From IMG/VR virus record IMGVR_UViG_3300044670_002562: a stretch of 64,000 nt of DNA, one strand, 5' to 3'. This DNA comes from an uncultured virus (IMG/VR IMGVR_UViG_3300044670_002562). Its lineage: Duplodnaviria; Heunggongvirae; Uroviricota; Caudoviricetes. Both the position numbers and the translations under genes were made by a program. How positions within the stretch are numbered: position 1 is the stretch's first letter; the number at the start of each line of letters is the position of its first letter. Below the pieces are notes generated by a model. That model made no database searches. It had not been told where the DNA came from and saw only the letters and a program-made list of their open reading frames with translations. Shown here one piece after another: positions 10,261 through 19,579 of the stretch.

Positions 10261-11172
10261 TTAATAGGATGATCCTCTATCGTGAATTCGGCCGTTCCCG
10301 TAGGATGCTATATCTGTGCTTCCGAACGCGCTGCCTACATTAATTGAGTACTTTTTACGTAGTACCCAGTCGCGGTACTCCTGGATATAGCGGTCTCCTA
10401 AATTTATGTAGAAGCTTGCTTTATCTTTATCGTCTACGCTAAGGCCTCCTGCGGAATACCGTAAGCGATTACGCTCGTAGTGCGGCCCTGCAATCCGAAG
10501 CAATTCGCCTATTACGCCCACTGTCCAGTTGTATCTATAGGGGAAGTTCGCTGGGGTATAGCAGGGCCTTAGTGGAGGTGGCTGCTCGTTCCAGAACTCT
10601 ACAGGACGTCGGATTGCCCATGCAATCTCCGTATCGGAGAACTCTACGTTATCCAGCAAGAAGTTATCTTCTACGCACTTGTCCCGAATAGCGAGGCGGA
10701 TCTCTGCGATTGTAAGAGGACCGGAGCAGGTCGCCCAGTATGCGTTGTTAGCGAGATTAGGGATAACCTCCACATAGCAGGGGAGGCGATAGCGAACATC
10801 TGTTGAGCAGAAGGCAGTCGCGGCTGTTCCCTCTTCTGACGAGGACGATACCTCCCCCTCAAGTGACGGGATGAATAATACAAGCTCCCCTAGGAATAGC
10901 CCCGATCGCGTGAGATCCGAGCAAGGGACAGCAAACGAGGCTGTGCCTTCGTCCGAATCTACGATCCCCTCTGCGTTGAGGTACAGCTGATTTGTGCCGA
11001 AAGCATCCTTCGCCACCAGACATACTGAATACTCATCTAGGGGTATAGCCCGTCCCTGAGCGTCGCGCACAGTTACCGTATACTCACTAAAGGCGTCTTG
11101 GGTGAAGGAGAGCACCGGCCATTCGTTAGGGCACGACTCCCTATCTCCTAAGCAGATATCGGCAAAAGGCAT
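10261..11172 (-). CDS. Head-tail adaptor / neck protein with N-terminal Ig-like domain (tentative)
   Basis: 303 aa; helical C-terminal half (EFSDTEIAWAI...RNRLRYSAGGLSVDD); synteny. Confidence 0.5.
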   Translation of the reverse strand: MPFADICLGDRESCPNEWPVLSFTQDAFSEYTVTVRDAQGRAIPLDEYSVCLVAKDAFGTNQLYLNAEGIVDSDEGTASFAVPCSDLTRSGLFLGELVLFIPSLEGEVSSSSEEGTAATAFCSTDVRYRLPCYVEVIPNLANNAYWATCSGPLTIAEIRLAIRDKCVEDNFLLDNVEFSDTEIAWAIRRPVEFWNEQPPPLRPCYTPANFPYRYNWTVGVIGELLRIAGPHYERNRLRYSAGGLSVDDKDKASFYINLGDRYIQEYRDWVLRKKYSINVGSAFGSTDIASYGNGRIHDRGSSY

Positions 11173-11176
11173 ATTT

Positions 11177-12097
11177 CTACGAGGTCCTCAGTTTAGTCTT
11201 TATACTCTTTACGAGCTGCTCGGTTGCGCTACTCTGTAGCTGACCTGCGCGTCCTGCCTCGCCCTCTGGGCCGTAGACTTGTTCTCTCAAGTCTGTAGGC
11301 ATGCCGGACTTAGCGTACTCGCTGGTTTCTACAACCTCCTGTAACCCTCGCTTATGGCGTATATAATCCACGATATGATAGATCATTACTGCCAGAACTA
11401 CCACGGCGCCTATGCTGCCGACGATGCCGAAAAGCCACATGTATTTCGTAACGGCCATTACTGCCATAGCTACGGATATCAGAACTATCCCAGCTATAGC
11501 CCCTCCGATAGCCTTAGGATTACCCGTAAAGAATAGTGTTACACAGATTGCGATGATAATAGAGCCAGCCAGGACCATGTACAGCATAGCTCTACGCAGC
11601 GCCGCGTTCTTATCTGACTGTGCCTGTCCTAATTGATCCTGAAGCTCTTTATTCTGCTCTTCGCCCTCTAGCACCTTATCCTCTAGTGCGATCGAGCGAT
11701 CCGTAAGCGTCTGTACGTTAAGGGCCAGTCCCTGTAGGGAGACCGCTAATTTAGATACATCTATACCTGCCGCCCGAATAGCCTCGGCCTCGCTTAGGAT
11801 ATTATCTGCTTCTGACTTGATGATAGTAAGGTGAGTTGCTAAGTCTCTTCGCGCGGTAGGAGGGACCCTTATCTCCGCCGTCTCAGCATGTGTCTTAACA
11901 GAGTGCGCAGATACCGTAATACGTGCCGCTGACTGGTCGATCCCTTGGCCGGCAGTGCTGGCTACGCTAGCTGCCTCGCTTAGTGCGGGCCCTGGGGCCG
12001 GAGGCGATGCGGGCATGGGGCTTGTGTGTTCGCAGGCGGCTGCGATGAGAAAGACGCAGAGGATGGCCGGGAATGGGCTAACTATATCAGAGGTCAT
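11177..12097 (-). CDS. Lipoprotein with coiled coil and C-terminal transmembrane helices (spanin-like, tentative)
   Basis: Start reassigned to ATG 12097 (MTSDIVSPFPAILCVFLIAAAC, lipobox-like); heptad region; about three hydrophobic helices near the C-terminus. Confidence 0.55.
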   Translation of the reverse strand: MTSDIVSPFPAILCVFLIAAACEHTSPMPASPPAPGPALSEAASVASTAGQGIDQSAARITVSAHSVKTHAETAEIRVPPTARRDLATHLTIIKSEADNILSEAEAIRAAGIDVSKLAVSLQGLALNVQTLTDRSIALEDKVLEGEEQNKELQDQLGQAQSDKNAALRRAMLYMVLAGSIIIAICVTLFFTGNPKAIGGAIAGIVLISVAMAVMAVTKYMWLFGIVGSIGAVVVLAVMIYHIVDYIRHKRGLQEVVETSEYAKSGMPTDLREQVYGPEGEAGRAGQLQSSATEQLVKSIKTKLRTS

Positions 12098-12677
12098 GGC
12101 GGGACGGGCTCCGAGGGTCGGATGGGGATAGGATAGGCGTGAAGTGCGGTAGGTAGAATAAGTCGTCCGGAGGCACTTTGTCCTTACAGGGAATATTGGA
12201 AGGCAGTACGTGCTCGTATGCTCTAAGGATGAGCTCAGTGCAGTATATAGCTTCGTCGGATTCTGAGGAGAATCGCAAGTCGTAGGGCGTTCCCAACTTA
12301 GAGATAGCAAATCCGGCCGCCTTGCGGATTTCTGCCTGATTTGCTAGTGGCCGGAGTAGGCAGGCGTGATCTGTTCGTAAGAACTGGAGGAGGTCCTCCT
12401 CTATCACGCCTTCGCCTCCTATGGCGTGAATGACCTTCGTCTTAGAGACTGCGATACCTGCGTGGCTGTAGTATCCGGGAACTAGCCGAGATGTGAGATA
12501 CCTGTCGTATCGTCGGAGGATTACATCCCCTGTCTCTATCGTATCGGAGTATGCACGCATCAGCCTCCCGCTAAACTTATAGGAAGTCGATGAGAAGGAT
12601 AAAAAAGGAGGAGTCGGCCATATCTGTATGTTGCCTATCGCTGAGACTATCTGTCTCTTTAGTCTGCTCAACGACAT
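12087..12677 (-). CDS. Permuted papain-like NlpC/P60 enzyme (YiiX/YebB-like)
   Basis: GDVIL...YSHAGI (His) precedes LGTPYD...IYCTEL (Cys), the permuted catalytic order. Confidence 0.8.
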   Translation of the reverse strand: MSLSRLKRQIVSAIGNIQIWPTPPFLSFSSTSYKFSGRLMRAYSDTIETGDVILRRYDRYLTSRLVPGYYSHAGIAVSKTKVIHAIGGEGVIEEDLLQFLRTDHACLLRPLANQAEIRKAAGFAISKLGTPYDLRFSSESDEAIYCTELILRAYEHVLPSNIPCKDKVPPDDLFYLPHFTPILSPSDPRSPSRHDL

Positions 12678-12705
12678 GGCCTATCATCCTAGATTAGGGC
12701 ACTAC

Positions 12706-13329
12706 TTAGGCACCCTTAGTAGCGGTCTTTTTAGGTGCCGCTTTCTTAGGCGCATCTGAAGTAGATTGCTTTGCTGGCCGGCGACCTGGGCGTCGCTTGG
12801 CAGGGGCCTTGGTAGCCTCTCCGGCGGGATTCGGCGTAGGGCTGGCTGTACTCTCCTTCTGCGCCTCTTTCGAGATAGGTGCGGCCTCGCCGTGCGTAAG
12901 TGTCGTATCGGTCTCGAACATCTTCTTAGTGTTCTCAGGACCGGCCGGGAAGTCGATATCGTGCCCTGGGAGTGAGACCTTCTTGGGCAGGTAATCCTCG
13001 ACCGTACCTGTTCCGAAACGAGTATCGGTATCGGCCGTCCCTGTCGAGACCTCCACACTTGTGGCGGATGAGTCTACTATCGGAGCCACATCCGCCGGAG
13101 AGCTGACCGGGAGGTCGGTAATAATAGTAACATCGACAATGCCTCGGCTGATATCGTTAACACAGCAGGGCTTATACCGCTTATGCGATACCTCTGAGGG
13201 ATACGCGCCGTCTACTTCTACCTCTTGTCCGGGGTTAAGGGCCTTGCCGTGCTTGCCGAGCCAGCGAAAAAAGACAGTACCTTTCGCATTACTTTTGATC
13301 CGAGTACGGAGTACGAAATTCTTACTCAT
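12706..13329 (-). CDS. Hypothetical protein with basic Lys/Ala/Pro-rich tail
   Basis: 207 aa, GGAGG RBS; C-terminus PAKRRPGRRPAK...PKKAAPKKTATK. Confidence 0.7.
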   Translation of the reverse strand: MSKNFVLRTRIKSNAKGTVFFRWLGKHGKALNPGQEVEVDGAYPSEVSHKRYKPCCVNDISRGIVDVTIITDLPVSSPADVAPIVDSSATSVEVSTGTADTDTRFGTGTVEDYLPKKVSLPGHDIDFPAGPENTKKMFETDTTLTHGEAAPISKEAQKESTASPTPNPAGEATKAPAKRRPGRRPAKQSTSDAPKKAAPKKTATKGA

Positions 13330-13362
13330 AATATGTAGCCTCCAAAGCTATTGAGTGATTAG

Positions 13363-13400
13363 AAAAAAAAAGAGGGGCTGAGGATGTCCCCAGCCCCTCT
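13363..13400 (-). terminator. Intrinsic terminator after the major capsid gene
   Basis: Stem AGAGGGGCTG/CAGCCCCTCT followed on the minus strand by a T8 tract. Confidence 0.85.
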
Positions 13401-13435
13401 AGACCGGGGTTATACCGGCATGTTACCTAGTAGGC

Positions 13436-14410
13436 TTAGTTCCAGGAAGTCTGGACAGAGCCTGCGGTAAACTGAGCGCGACACACGGCACCGCTGTTCT
13501 TGATGGTAGCTCCGATCATCTCGTAGCAGAACATCTCGAACAGGAAGTTCTCGTGCTTCGTCGAGCAAGTAACGTCCTCGAACGTGAAGAAATCACCCAA
13601 GAACTTCGGCGCTGCGAAGTAGTAGATGACGTCATTCGGAACGAGGTCGGTCTTGATCGTGACGATGTGAGGCACACCCATGATGGAACGCTCGGCGAAG
13701 CCGTTGCGGAACATCTCCTCAGCCAGATCACCACCGATCTCGGTACGGTCCAAAGCAACAATGTCATGGATAGTGACGTTGTTGACAAGGGCAGTAGCCG
13801 CAGACAGGTGACGGGTCGTGCTGGGGAGACCCTTCATGGCAAGTGCCAGCGAGTCACGGGACATGACGTCGACTTCGATATTACCTGCAGCACCGACTTC
13901 CGCGTAGCGGGGATTGGTCCCAGGAGTCTTATCGTTCAACGTACCGACAACGGTATTCACCGCAGCCATATACTTACGGTCTTCCTCGGCGAGGATGTCC
14001 TTAAGCATAAGGTCGTTGAAAACCTGACGGATGTCGAGGTCGTAGGTCATGAGGTTAGCCACATCAGCAATGAAGCGAGCCGACATGATGCGGTCAAACA
14101 TCACGCGGTAGCGCGGGGCGTCGATGTAGTGGTTCATAGGTACGTTGCCAAAAGGCACCGATACGGCGGGAGGCGTGTCCGGCTCAGCATCCTTAACAAT
14201 CACCGGCTTAACCGTATCGACCTGGCGGTCGAGGTCGGCGGGAGTAACCGGGATTGGGGGCTGGATGCGGCGAGCGAAGCCATCTTCACGAGCCTTGAGG
14301 CGAAGATAGTCGTCCACACCATTTTGGGCAGTCTTCTGAATGTATGGATCAGAAGATCCCAAGGATTCGATAACCGTCTGGTTACGAGTACTAGTCTCTG
14401 TATTCAACAT
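13436..14410 (-). CDS. Major capsid protein (HK97-like fold)
   Basis: 324 aa; strongly biased codon usage; last gene of the protease-scaffold-decoration operon and followed by a terminator; sequence pattern (GFARRIQPP...EEDRK...EMIGATIKN) fits large-phage MCPs. Confidence 0.8.
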   Translation of the reverse strand: MLNTETSTRNQTVIESLGSSDPYIQKTAQNGVDDYLRLKAREDGFARRIQPPIPVTPADLDRQVDTVKPVIVKDAEPDTPPAVSVPFGNVPMNHYIDAPRYRVMFDRIMSARFIADVANLMTYDLDIRQVFNDLMLKDILAEEDRKYMAAVNTVVGTLNDKTPGTNPRYAEVGAAGNIEVDVMSRDSLALAMKGLPSTTRHLSAATALVNNVTIHDIVALDRTEIGGDLAEEMFRNGFAERSIMGVPHIVTIKTDLVPNDVIYYFAAPKFLGDFFTFEDVTCSTKHENFLFEMFCYEMIGATIKNSGAVCRAQFTAGSVQTSWN

Positions 14411-14428
14411 GGTATTTATTCTCCTATG

Positions 14429-15055
14429 TTACGGGGTGACTGCTCGTGCGGGCAGGTACACCGGCCAGAACTGAAGAACGTCTTGCCCGTATGTTTCCAC
14501 ACGAGCGCCAGTGGAGACGACTCCGACGATATTCTCTTCCAAGGCAAGTTCGCCGCCGGCCTGAATCGTGCCGACATCGACGGTACCTGCAGCAGCAGAG
14601 ACCAGAGGATCGTTCTCGTTATAGGTGCTGCCGGTCTGGAACTCGGTGGTAACGAGTTCAAAGCCGCCAGTGGCAACGAGAGTACCGACCTTCTTGGAGA
14701 GTACGGTCGAATTATCGCTAGCCAGAGTCTGACCAGCAATATTACCAGCATCCACGCGATAGAGCGGATCCGCACCAGCGCCCCAGGCACCACCGCCTGT
14801 GACATCGAGATCGTAACTAGCATTAATAGCAAACAGCGCCATGGCGTGCTTACCGAGGGTACCGTCCAGATCATTGAAAGGGATCAATTCCCCGTCAGCG
14901 TCCAGACCCAACAATGAACCACGATTCCATTCCGCAGCCGAGTCCCCGTGGCCTTGGAATTGCAGGTCGTGCATTCCCGTGTAGCCGGAGATCGGATCGA
15001 GGAGGTGATCGTAGTTCTGTCCAGGAGTGATATGAGCCATCCTGAAGTCCTCCAA
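14429..15055 (-). CDS. Capsid decoration/cement-like protein
   Basis: 208 aa Gly/Ala/Asp-rich beta-type protein directly upstream of the MCP; highly expressed codon style. Confidence 0.55.
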   Translation of the reverse strand: MEDFRMAHITPGQNYDHLLDPISGYTGMHDLQFQGHGDSAAEWNRGSLLGLDADGELIPFNDLDGTLGKHAMALFAINASYDLDVTGGGAWGAGADPLYRVDAGNIAGQTLASDNSTVLSKKVGTLVATGGFELVTTEFQTGSTYNENDPLVSAAAGTVDVGTIQAGGELALEENIVGVVSTGARVETYGQDVLQFWPVYLPARAVTP

Positions 15056-15087
15056 ATTTGAGGGTTAGTGTTTTTCCCGACTAGTTA

Positions 15088-15573
15088 TTAGCGAGCCGGG
15101 AGGTTGTCAAAACACTGCTCGAATGCCCGATCCGACTCCCGCGATTGCGCAGAGGCAGATTCCTGACCTGTCGGTACAGCGTGTCCCAATTTAGGCATCT
15201 CCGCGCCCGCACTACCAGAATCAATGCGCTGATCCGCGAGCTTATCCAAAAAGGTAAGCAGCGAATTGGCAGCATCTTCCTGGATAGCTTGCAAGGCCTG
15301 CTGGCGACTACCCTCCTTGAGAAATCCTGCTTGGATAACCTTATCTACAGTGTCTTCAATTGCACTGTTAGTAAGGCTAGCCTGTTTATCCTGTCCGCTA
15401 TCGGCGCATGTGCTGCACTGATCGTAATCCTTTCCGCAGGAGCACTTGCCGTCAACGCTGGCGAGCTTCTCCTTCAGGTTACGGATTTCCGCGGACTGGT
15501 CTGAGATAATACTTTGCGTATCTGCGACATACGTAGCGATGTCGGCAGCCGCTTCTTTGGTTAGTTTAACCAT
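15088..15573 (-). CDS. Head assembly / scaffold-associated protein
   Basis: 161 aa coiled coil, several KxA motifs, CSC..CSTC insert. Confidence 0.55.
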   Translation of the reverse strand: MVKLTKEAAADIATYVADTQSIISDQSAEIRNLKEKLASVDGKCSCGKDYDQCSTCADSGQDKQASLTNSAIEDTVDKVIQAGFLKEGSRQQALQAIQEDAANSLLTFLDKLADQRIDSGSAGAEMPKLGHAVPTGQESASAQSRESDRAFEQCFDNLPAR

Positions 15574-15594
15574 AATCGTGTCTTCTCCAGGGTT

Positions 15595-15626
15595 GGAGTA
15601 TTTAGCATACGTATGCTAAATACTCC
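15595..15626. promoter_or_regulatory. Perfect 32-bp palindrome GGAGTATTTAGCATACGTATGCTAAATACTCC
   Basis: Exact reverse-complement symmetry checked base by base; lies in the gap between two head genes; contains the recurrent 16-bp core. Confidence 0.7.
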
Positions 15627-16573
15627 TATTCAGCAGCTGGTGCGGCTGCCTCATCTCCAGTATTCTCCAAAACCTCGGTCATAACTTCGGCCAACTCGTC
15701 TGGACTAACACCAGCTTCCTGGAGTGCTTGGACATCTTCCACGGCTTGTGCGAGTTCTTCGGCAGTAACGCCGGCCTCATCGAGAGCGGAGACGAGTGCT
15801 TCAACAGTAGCGTCGTCGCCCTCTACCGGGGCTTCACCCTCTACCACATCTGCGATGGGAGCAGCCTCTTCAGGAGCTGCGCCGGCCTCCTCGGGGAGAA
15901 TAGCGTCTGGGAATTCCATAGCAACCTTATCGAGGATGCCGGAGATACCGCCAGCTTTCTTGATGAGGCCTGCGTCGATCTGATTCTCTTCACAGGCGGC
16001 GCGGAGATCTTGTTCGTCCTTAGCACGCTTAAGCATACCGTAGAGGTACCCTTCGTAATACTCCTGAGCGGCATCAGCAGCCTGCGCGGCCAGCTTATCG
16101 AGAGCAGCCTGCTCTCCGCTAACCGGAGCGGCCGACTCGGAGGCAGCCTTATACAGGACCTCGAGGATAGCGTTACCGAGGTTCTCGGCACGAGCGACCT
16201 TCTGTTCGCTGTTAATCTCGGTATTCTTTACCGGGCCGATATTTCCTTTCTGCTCAACAGGATCATCAGTGGTAAGGGTCTGGGTGCCTTGCGTGTCGGC
16301 AAAGGTATTGCCGGCGCCCTCTTTGTTATCGGGAGCGGAGCTAACCGTGGATCCAGAATCATTAGCAGCCTGCGTCTGTTCGACGCCGAGGTTGGTCTGA
16401 TCTGTGGGGAGTTCCTTCTCCTTCATCTGTTCCTGGGGCTTGGCGGCGGTGGTGTCCTTAAAGGAACCGTCGGCGGCTTGCTTCAGGGTGGCTTCTTTCT
16501 GGGCTTGGGCCCGAACAGGCTCCAAGAACGTGTTGATCAAGGACAGGCTGTCCTGAATGCTGCGATTACTCAT
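15626..16573 (-). CDS. Scaffold-like acidic protein
   Basis: 315 aa, Ala/Glu-rich, at least seven KxA motifs, between protease and capsid genes. Confidence 0.6.
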   Translation of the reverse strand: MSNRSIQDSLSLINTFLEPVRAQAQKEATLKQAADGSFKDTTAAKPQEQMKEKELPTDQTNLGVEQTQAANDSGSTVSSAPDNKEGAGNTFADTQGTQTLTTDDPVEQKGNIGPVKNTEINSEQKVARAENLGNAILEVLYKAASESAAPVSGEQAALDKLAAQAADAAQEYYEGYLYGMLKRAKDEQDLRAACEENQIDAGLIKKAGGISGILDKVAMEFPDAILPEEAGAAPEEAAPIADVVEGEAPVEGDDATVEALVSALDEAGVTAEELAQAVEDVQALQEAGVSPDELAEVMTEVLENTGDEAAAPAAE

Positions 16574-16592
16574 GGTATGAGTCTCCTATATT

Positions 16593-18053
16593 TTAGGATT
16601 TGGCTTGGTTATGGACTACGACGCGGTGTGCGTACTTGTCTGCCCCGATGCCAGCCAGAAGTGAGATTTGATATTTCGCATATTCTTGCGACAAAACTCT
16701 CGACTCAGCACTCATTGTCGGCTCAACAAACATACTTGCCCGCTTTTGCTGCGGAGGACCGCCTTGGATAACTACAAGTGTTATCCTACGACGAACCGGG
16801 TCATCTTCAATCGAAAAACTTGGTTTTATATCGTTAGCCAAGTCTTCCAACTCTCTCCAATAGTTAGGAGAGAGCGGAGTATAACTTGAATCCGATATAG
16901 CATCTGCCGAAGATCCCATCATAGGAGGGTGTCCGCACCCTGTCTCTGAGAAGGCATTTCGCATGCCTGCGCACATACCCTTAACCGCAGGGATCTGCGA
17001 CTTATCTTTCCTCAAGACTACCTGTGCGAAGGACTCCGGAGGGAGTAGAATCTTATGATTAGAGAGGCACCCCAGTACATCCTCGAGAGGAAACTCTTGG
17101 AGGCGTTTGATAATCTCTGGAGGAAGTTCCTTATCTGAGAATGCTAGAGCGAGGTCTGACTCCTCGGGAGTAAGCCCTCTTGCGATGACCTTCTTCTCTA
17201 TCTCGGCGAGCTTAGCCAAGGCGTGCGCATTGTTACGCTCTGCCTCTGTCCCTACTTTATTGATAAGGGACAAGGGGAGGAGCATATTAGGTGCGGTGTC
17301 CTCGCCTGGGCCTCCTCCCGCGCTGGCGACCTTAGCCAAAGCAAATGCGATCCGATCTGCAGGGACTACTACTTCCGATATGTCGTGGAAGTGCGGCCGA
17401 TCGTTTATTGCATAGACCTGATGGCCTTCTTTAGTGATCCCCAGCTTATTGTACTTCAGGTGATCGCAATAGGTGGCGCGTGTCTTAGCCTCGTTACCGC
17501 ATACTGAGCAGATATCAAAAGGTACTCCGCATCCCATAGAGAATAGTACAGGCTTATCCGATGCCAGCTTATTCAGAGAGTCGGCCCACATATCGTTATC
17601 GAGGCGGATAACCAGCTCGCCTCTATGCATTGCAGGGTTACAGGCCTCCAAGACAATGTCTCCGAGAGATGTAGCTCCTTTTCTGGAATTGTGGTGCTCT
17701 CTATATACCCCTCCGTACTTACTAAATGTACTGTGGTACTTAGTGAGACCTCCCTCTAGCTTCTTCTGGTACTCTCGGCCTGTTTTATGATGCTTCGGGA
17801 TAGTTACGGTGCCTTCCTTCTCGTTGAAGAAGTCTGCGTTGTTATTAGGGCCGTAGAACTCCCCAGCTCCTGTTGTGATGAGGTGCACGAAGCTCTTGCC
17901 CTTCTCAGGCCTGATATCCATCTGCATGACGTACTCGGATGCGGCGATCTTTGACATCTGCATCTTATCTACTCCTCGACTATGCACATCGATAAGATGT
18001 GCAGTCGGGCGATCCTGGAACCAGCTGGATGGGTGTATCGTCTTAGGTATCAT
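16593..18053 (-). CDS. Prohead maturation protease (tentative)
   Basis: NNNADFF...YREH..., FSMGCGVPFDICSVCGN...YCDH zinc insert, FHDISEVVVPAD: pattern of herpes/HK97-type phage head proteases. Confidence 0.7.
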   Translation of the reverse strand: MIPKTIHPSSWFQDRPTAHLIDVHSRGVDKMQMSKIAASEYVMQMDIRPEKGKSFVHLITTGAGEFYGPNNNADFFNEKEGTVTIPKHHKTGREYQKKLEGGLTKYHSTFSKYGGVYREHHNSRKGATSLGDIVLEACNPAMHRGELVIRLDNDMWADSLNKLASDKPVLFSMGCGVPFDICSVCGNEAKTRATYCDHLKYNKLGITKEGHQVYAINDRPHFHDISEVVVPADRIAFALAKVASAGGGPGEDTAPNMLLPLSLINKVGTEAERNNAHALAKLAEIEKKVIARGLTPEESDLALAFSDKELPPEIIKRLQEFPLEDVLGCLSNHKILLPPESFAQVVLRKDKSQIPAVKGMCAGMRNAFSETGCGHPPMMGSSADAISDSSYTPLSPNYWRELEDLANDIKPSFSIEDDPVRRRITLVVIQGGPPQQKRASMFVEPTMSAESRVLSQEYAKYQISLLAGIGADKYAHRVVVHNQAKS

Positions 18054-18057
18054 AAGC

Positions 18058-19548
18058 TTAGACTTTGGGAGGGGGGGAGCCCTTATCCTTATTCTTATCC
18101 TTATCCTTATTCTTATTAGGAATAACTGCGCCTACTAGACTCCCTATTGCATCACCTGCCGATTGTGCTACAGGCTTAAGCCCTGTATTGATAGGTATAG
18201 GAGTCGGCCTCTCCGGCTTCTGCGCCTCCAGCCTTTCTCTATGCGCCATCTCTCTGTCTTCTCGTAGAACATCGCTCTCACGAAGCCGTTTAGAGATATC
18301 CGCTTCTTGCTGTAGCTCGAACGTATCTTTAAGGCCTGATGACTGTAGGTTCTTAATCATCAGGTTACTGAGGATATCGGGCTTATTGTACGCTTCTGGG
18401 ATAGTGCTAACTGCTGAGTTATATGCCTTTAAGAGCTCGGCATGGTTGTATGCCCTCAGCTCCGGGTGATACAGTGACAAAAGCAGGAAGGTTCTCTTTG
18501 CCTCTTGTCCCTTCAGCTCGTTGAACTGATCTGCGTCGAGCATCTCTTCCTCGATGGATTTAACATGCTTCCGGGCAGACATGGCGTCTACGATCTTATC
18601 TGAGGACACCCCTGCCCCTGCCAGGAAATTAGCTAGAGCGTTGGCTGCGAAGTTTGACCCAAACTCCCCTCCGGCTGCCTCTTTCTCCGCGAATAGGGAC
18701 AGCTCTACTTCAGCCTTAGACATATTCTCGGCCGCTGTATACAGCCTATTGATGGTGACGTAGGGCTCTTGTGTAGGGAAGCAAACGCAGTTCGCTGTCT
18801 TAGACATCTCTGGAAAAGATACGCGTGCCTTGTGCTCTATAATATCGAGCAGCCCTTTACCGGTAGTGGGATATCCGTTAACGATATACTGCGCTACTTT
18901 GCGCAGTCCTCTAGGAGTAAGCGGAGCCAGGTGGGCGCACACATCCTCCAAGGCGCGCTCGAACCCCATCTTATGGAACTGTATCCTCATGCGCAGCTCT
19001 TCTCGAAGCCTCTGCGTGACTGCTTTCTTCTCCAAGCAGGCTTGCTGCAGGAGGCGGCTGCATGTGGCCTCCATCTCTGGCGATAGCTCCTTATCTGTAG
19101 CGGGAGGTGTCCGCAGGTGCTCGGAGGCGGTCTTGGCGAATGCTGTTAGGCTAGACGCTTCGCTAGTTTGAATGTGAGCGGCGTGTGCGGTCTCCCTGAT
19201 CTCTTCCTTAGAGAATGAGGGCAGCGCGAACGAAGATGCTGTCTTCTCTGTGGGCACATAGATGGATCGTAGGATCTCCTGTGTGTCTGCCAGGTCGAAG
19301 GGGCGGGCGCGCTCTTCTTGAGATGCCGACTTAAAGACGTGCACTGACTTGGACTTATTGAAGGCCTCTACCATGCGGCTGATCTTCTCCGGTCCGTATT
19401 TCTTATCCGATGCTACTTTAGCGATCGCAGTGTTCGGTGACAGTCCACTATGGGTAAGTCCTATGGACTGCTCAATCGCACTAACTAATTCGTTCTCTTC
19501 TCTAGGCGAGAGCATTTTCATGTAACGTATTCTCCAAATGTGGAACAT
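18058..19548 (-). CDS. Hypothetical head-module protein with multiple KxA motifs
   Basis: 496 aa (start may be the downstream MKML); KVAS, KSAS, KTAS x2, KTAN, KEAA; KDKDKN tail. Confidence 0.7.
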   Translation of the reverse strand: MFHIWRIRYMKMLSPREENELVSAIEQSIGLTHSGLSPNTAIAKVASDKKYGPEKISRMVEAFNKSKSVHVFKSASQEERARPFDLADTQEILRSIYVPTEKTASSFALPSFSKEEIRETAHAAHIQTSEASSLTAFAKTASEHLRTPPATDKELSPEMEATCSRLLQQACLEKKAVTQRLREELRMRIQFHKMGFERALEDVCAHLAPLTPRGLRKVAQYIVNGYPTTGKGLLDIIEHKARVSFPEMSKTANCVCFPTQEPYVTINRLYTAAENMSKAEVELSLFAEKEAAGGEFGSNFAANALANFLAGAGVSSDKIVDAMSARKHVKSIEEEMLDADQFNELKGQEAKRTFLLLSLYHPELRAYNHAELLKAYNSAVSTIPEAYNKPDILSNLMIKNLQSSGLKDTFELQQEADISKRLRESDVLREDREMAHRERLEAQKPERPTPIPINTGLKPVAQSAGDAIGSLVGAVIPNKNKDKDKNKDKGSPPPKV

Positions 19549-19579
19549 ATATTCCTAGTATTAGGAACATACACCGTCT

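Noticed and set aside
12098..12310. Long upstream starts in the ORF track (also 35887, 43721, 44317, 50802)
   Set aside because: They mostly overlap neighbouring genes; downstream ATGs give better RBS and family-typical N-termini.
13553..14917. 454-aa plus-strand ORF
   Set aside because: Antisense shadow of the codon-biased capsid and decoration genes; no recognisable motifs.
15728..16771. 347-aa plus-strand ORF and the other plus-strand ORFs in the track
   Set aside because: They overlap well-supported minus-strand genes; the window is uniformly minus-strand coded.
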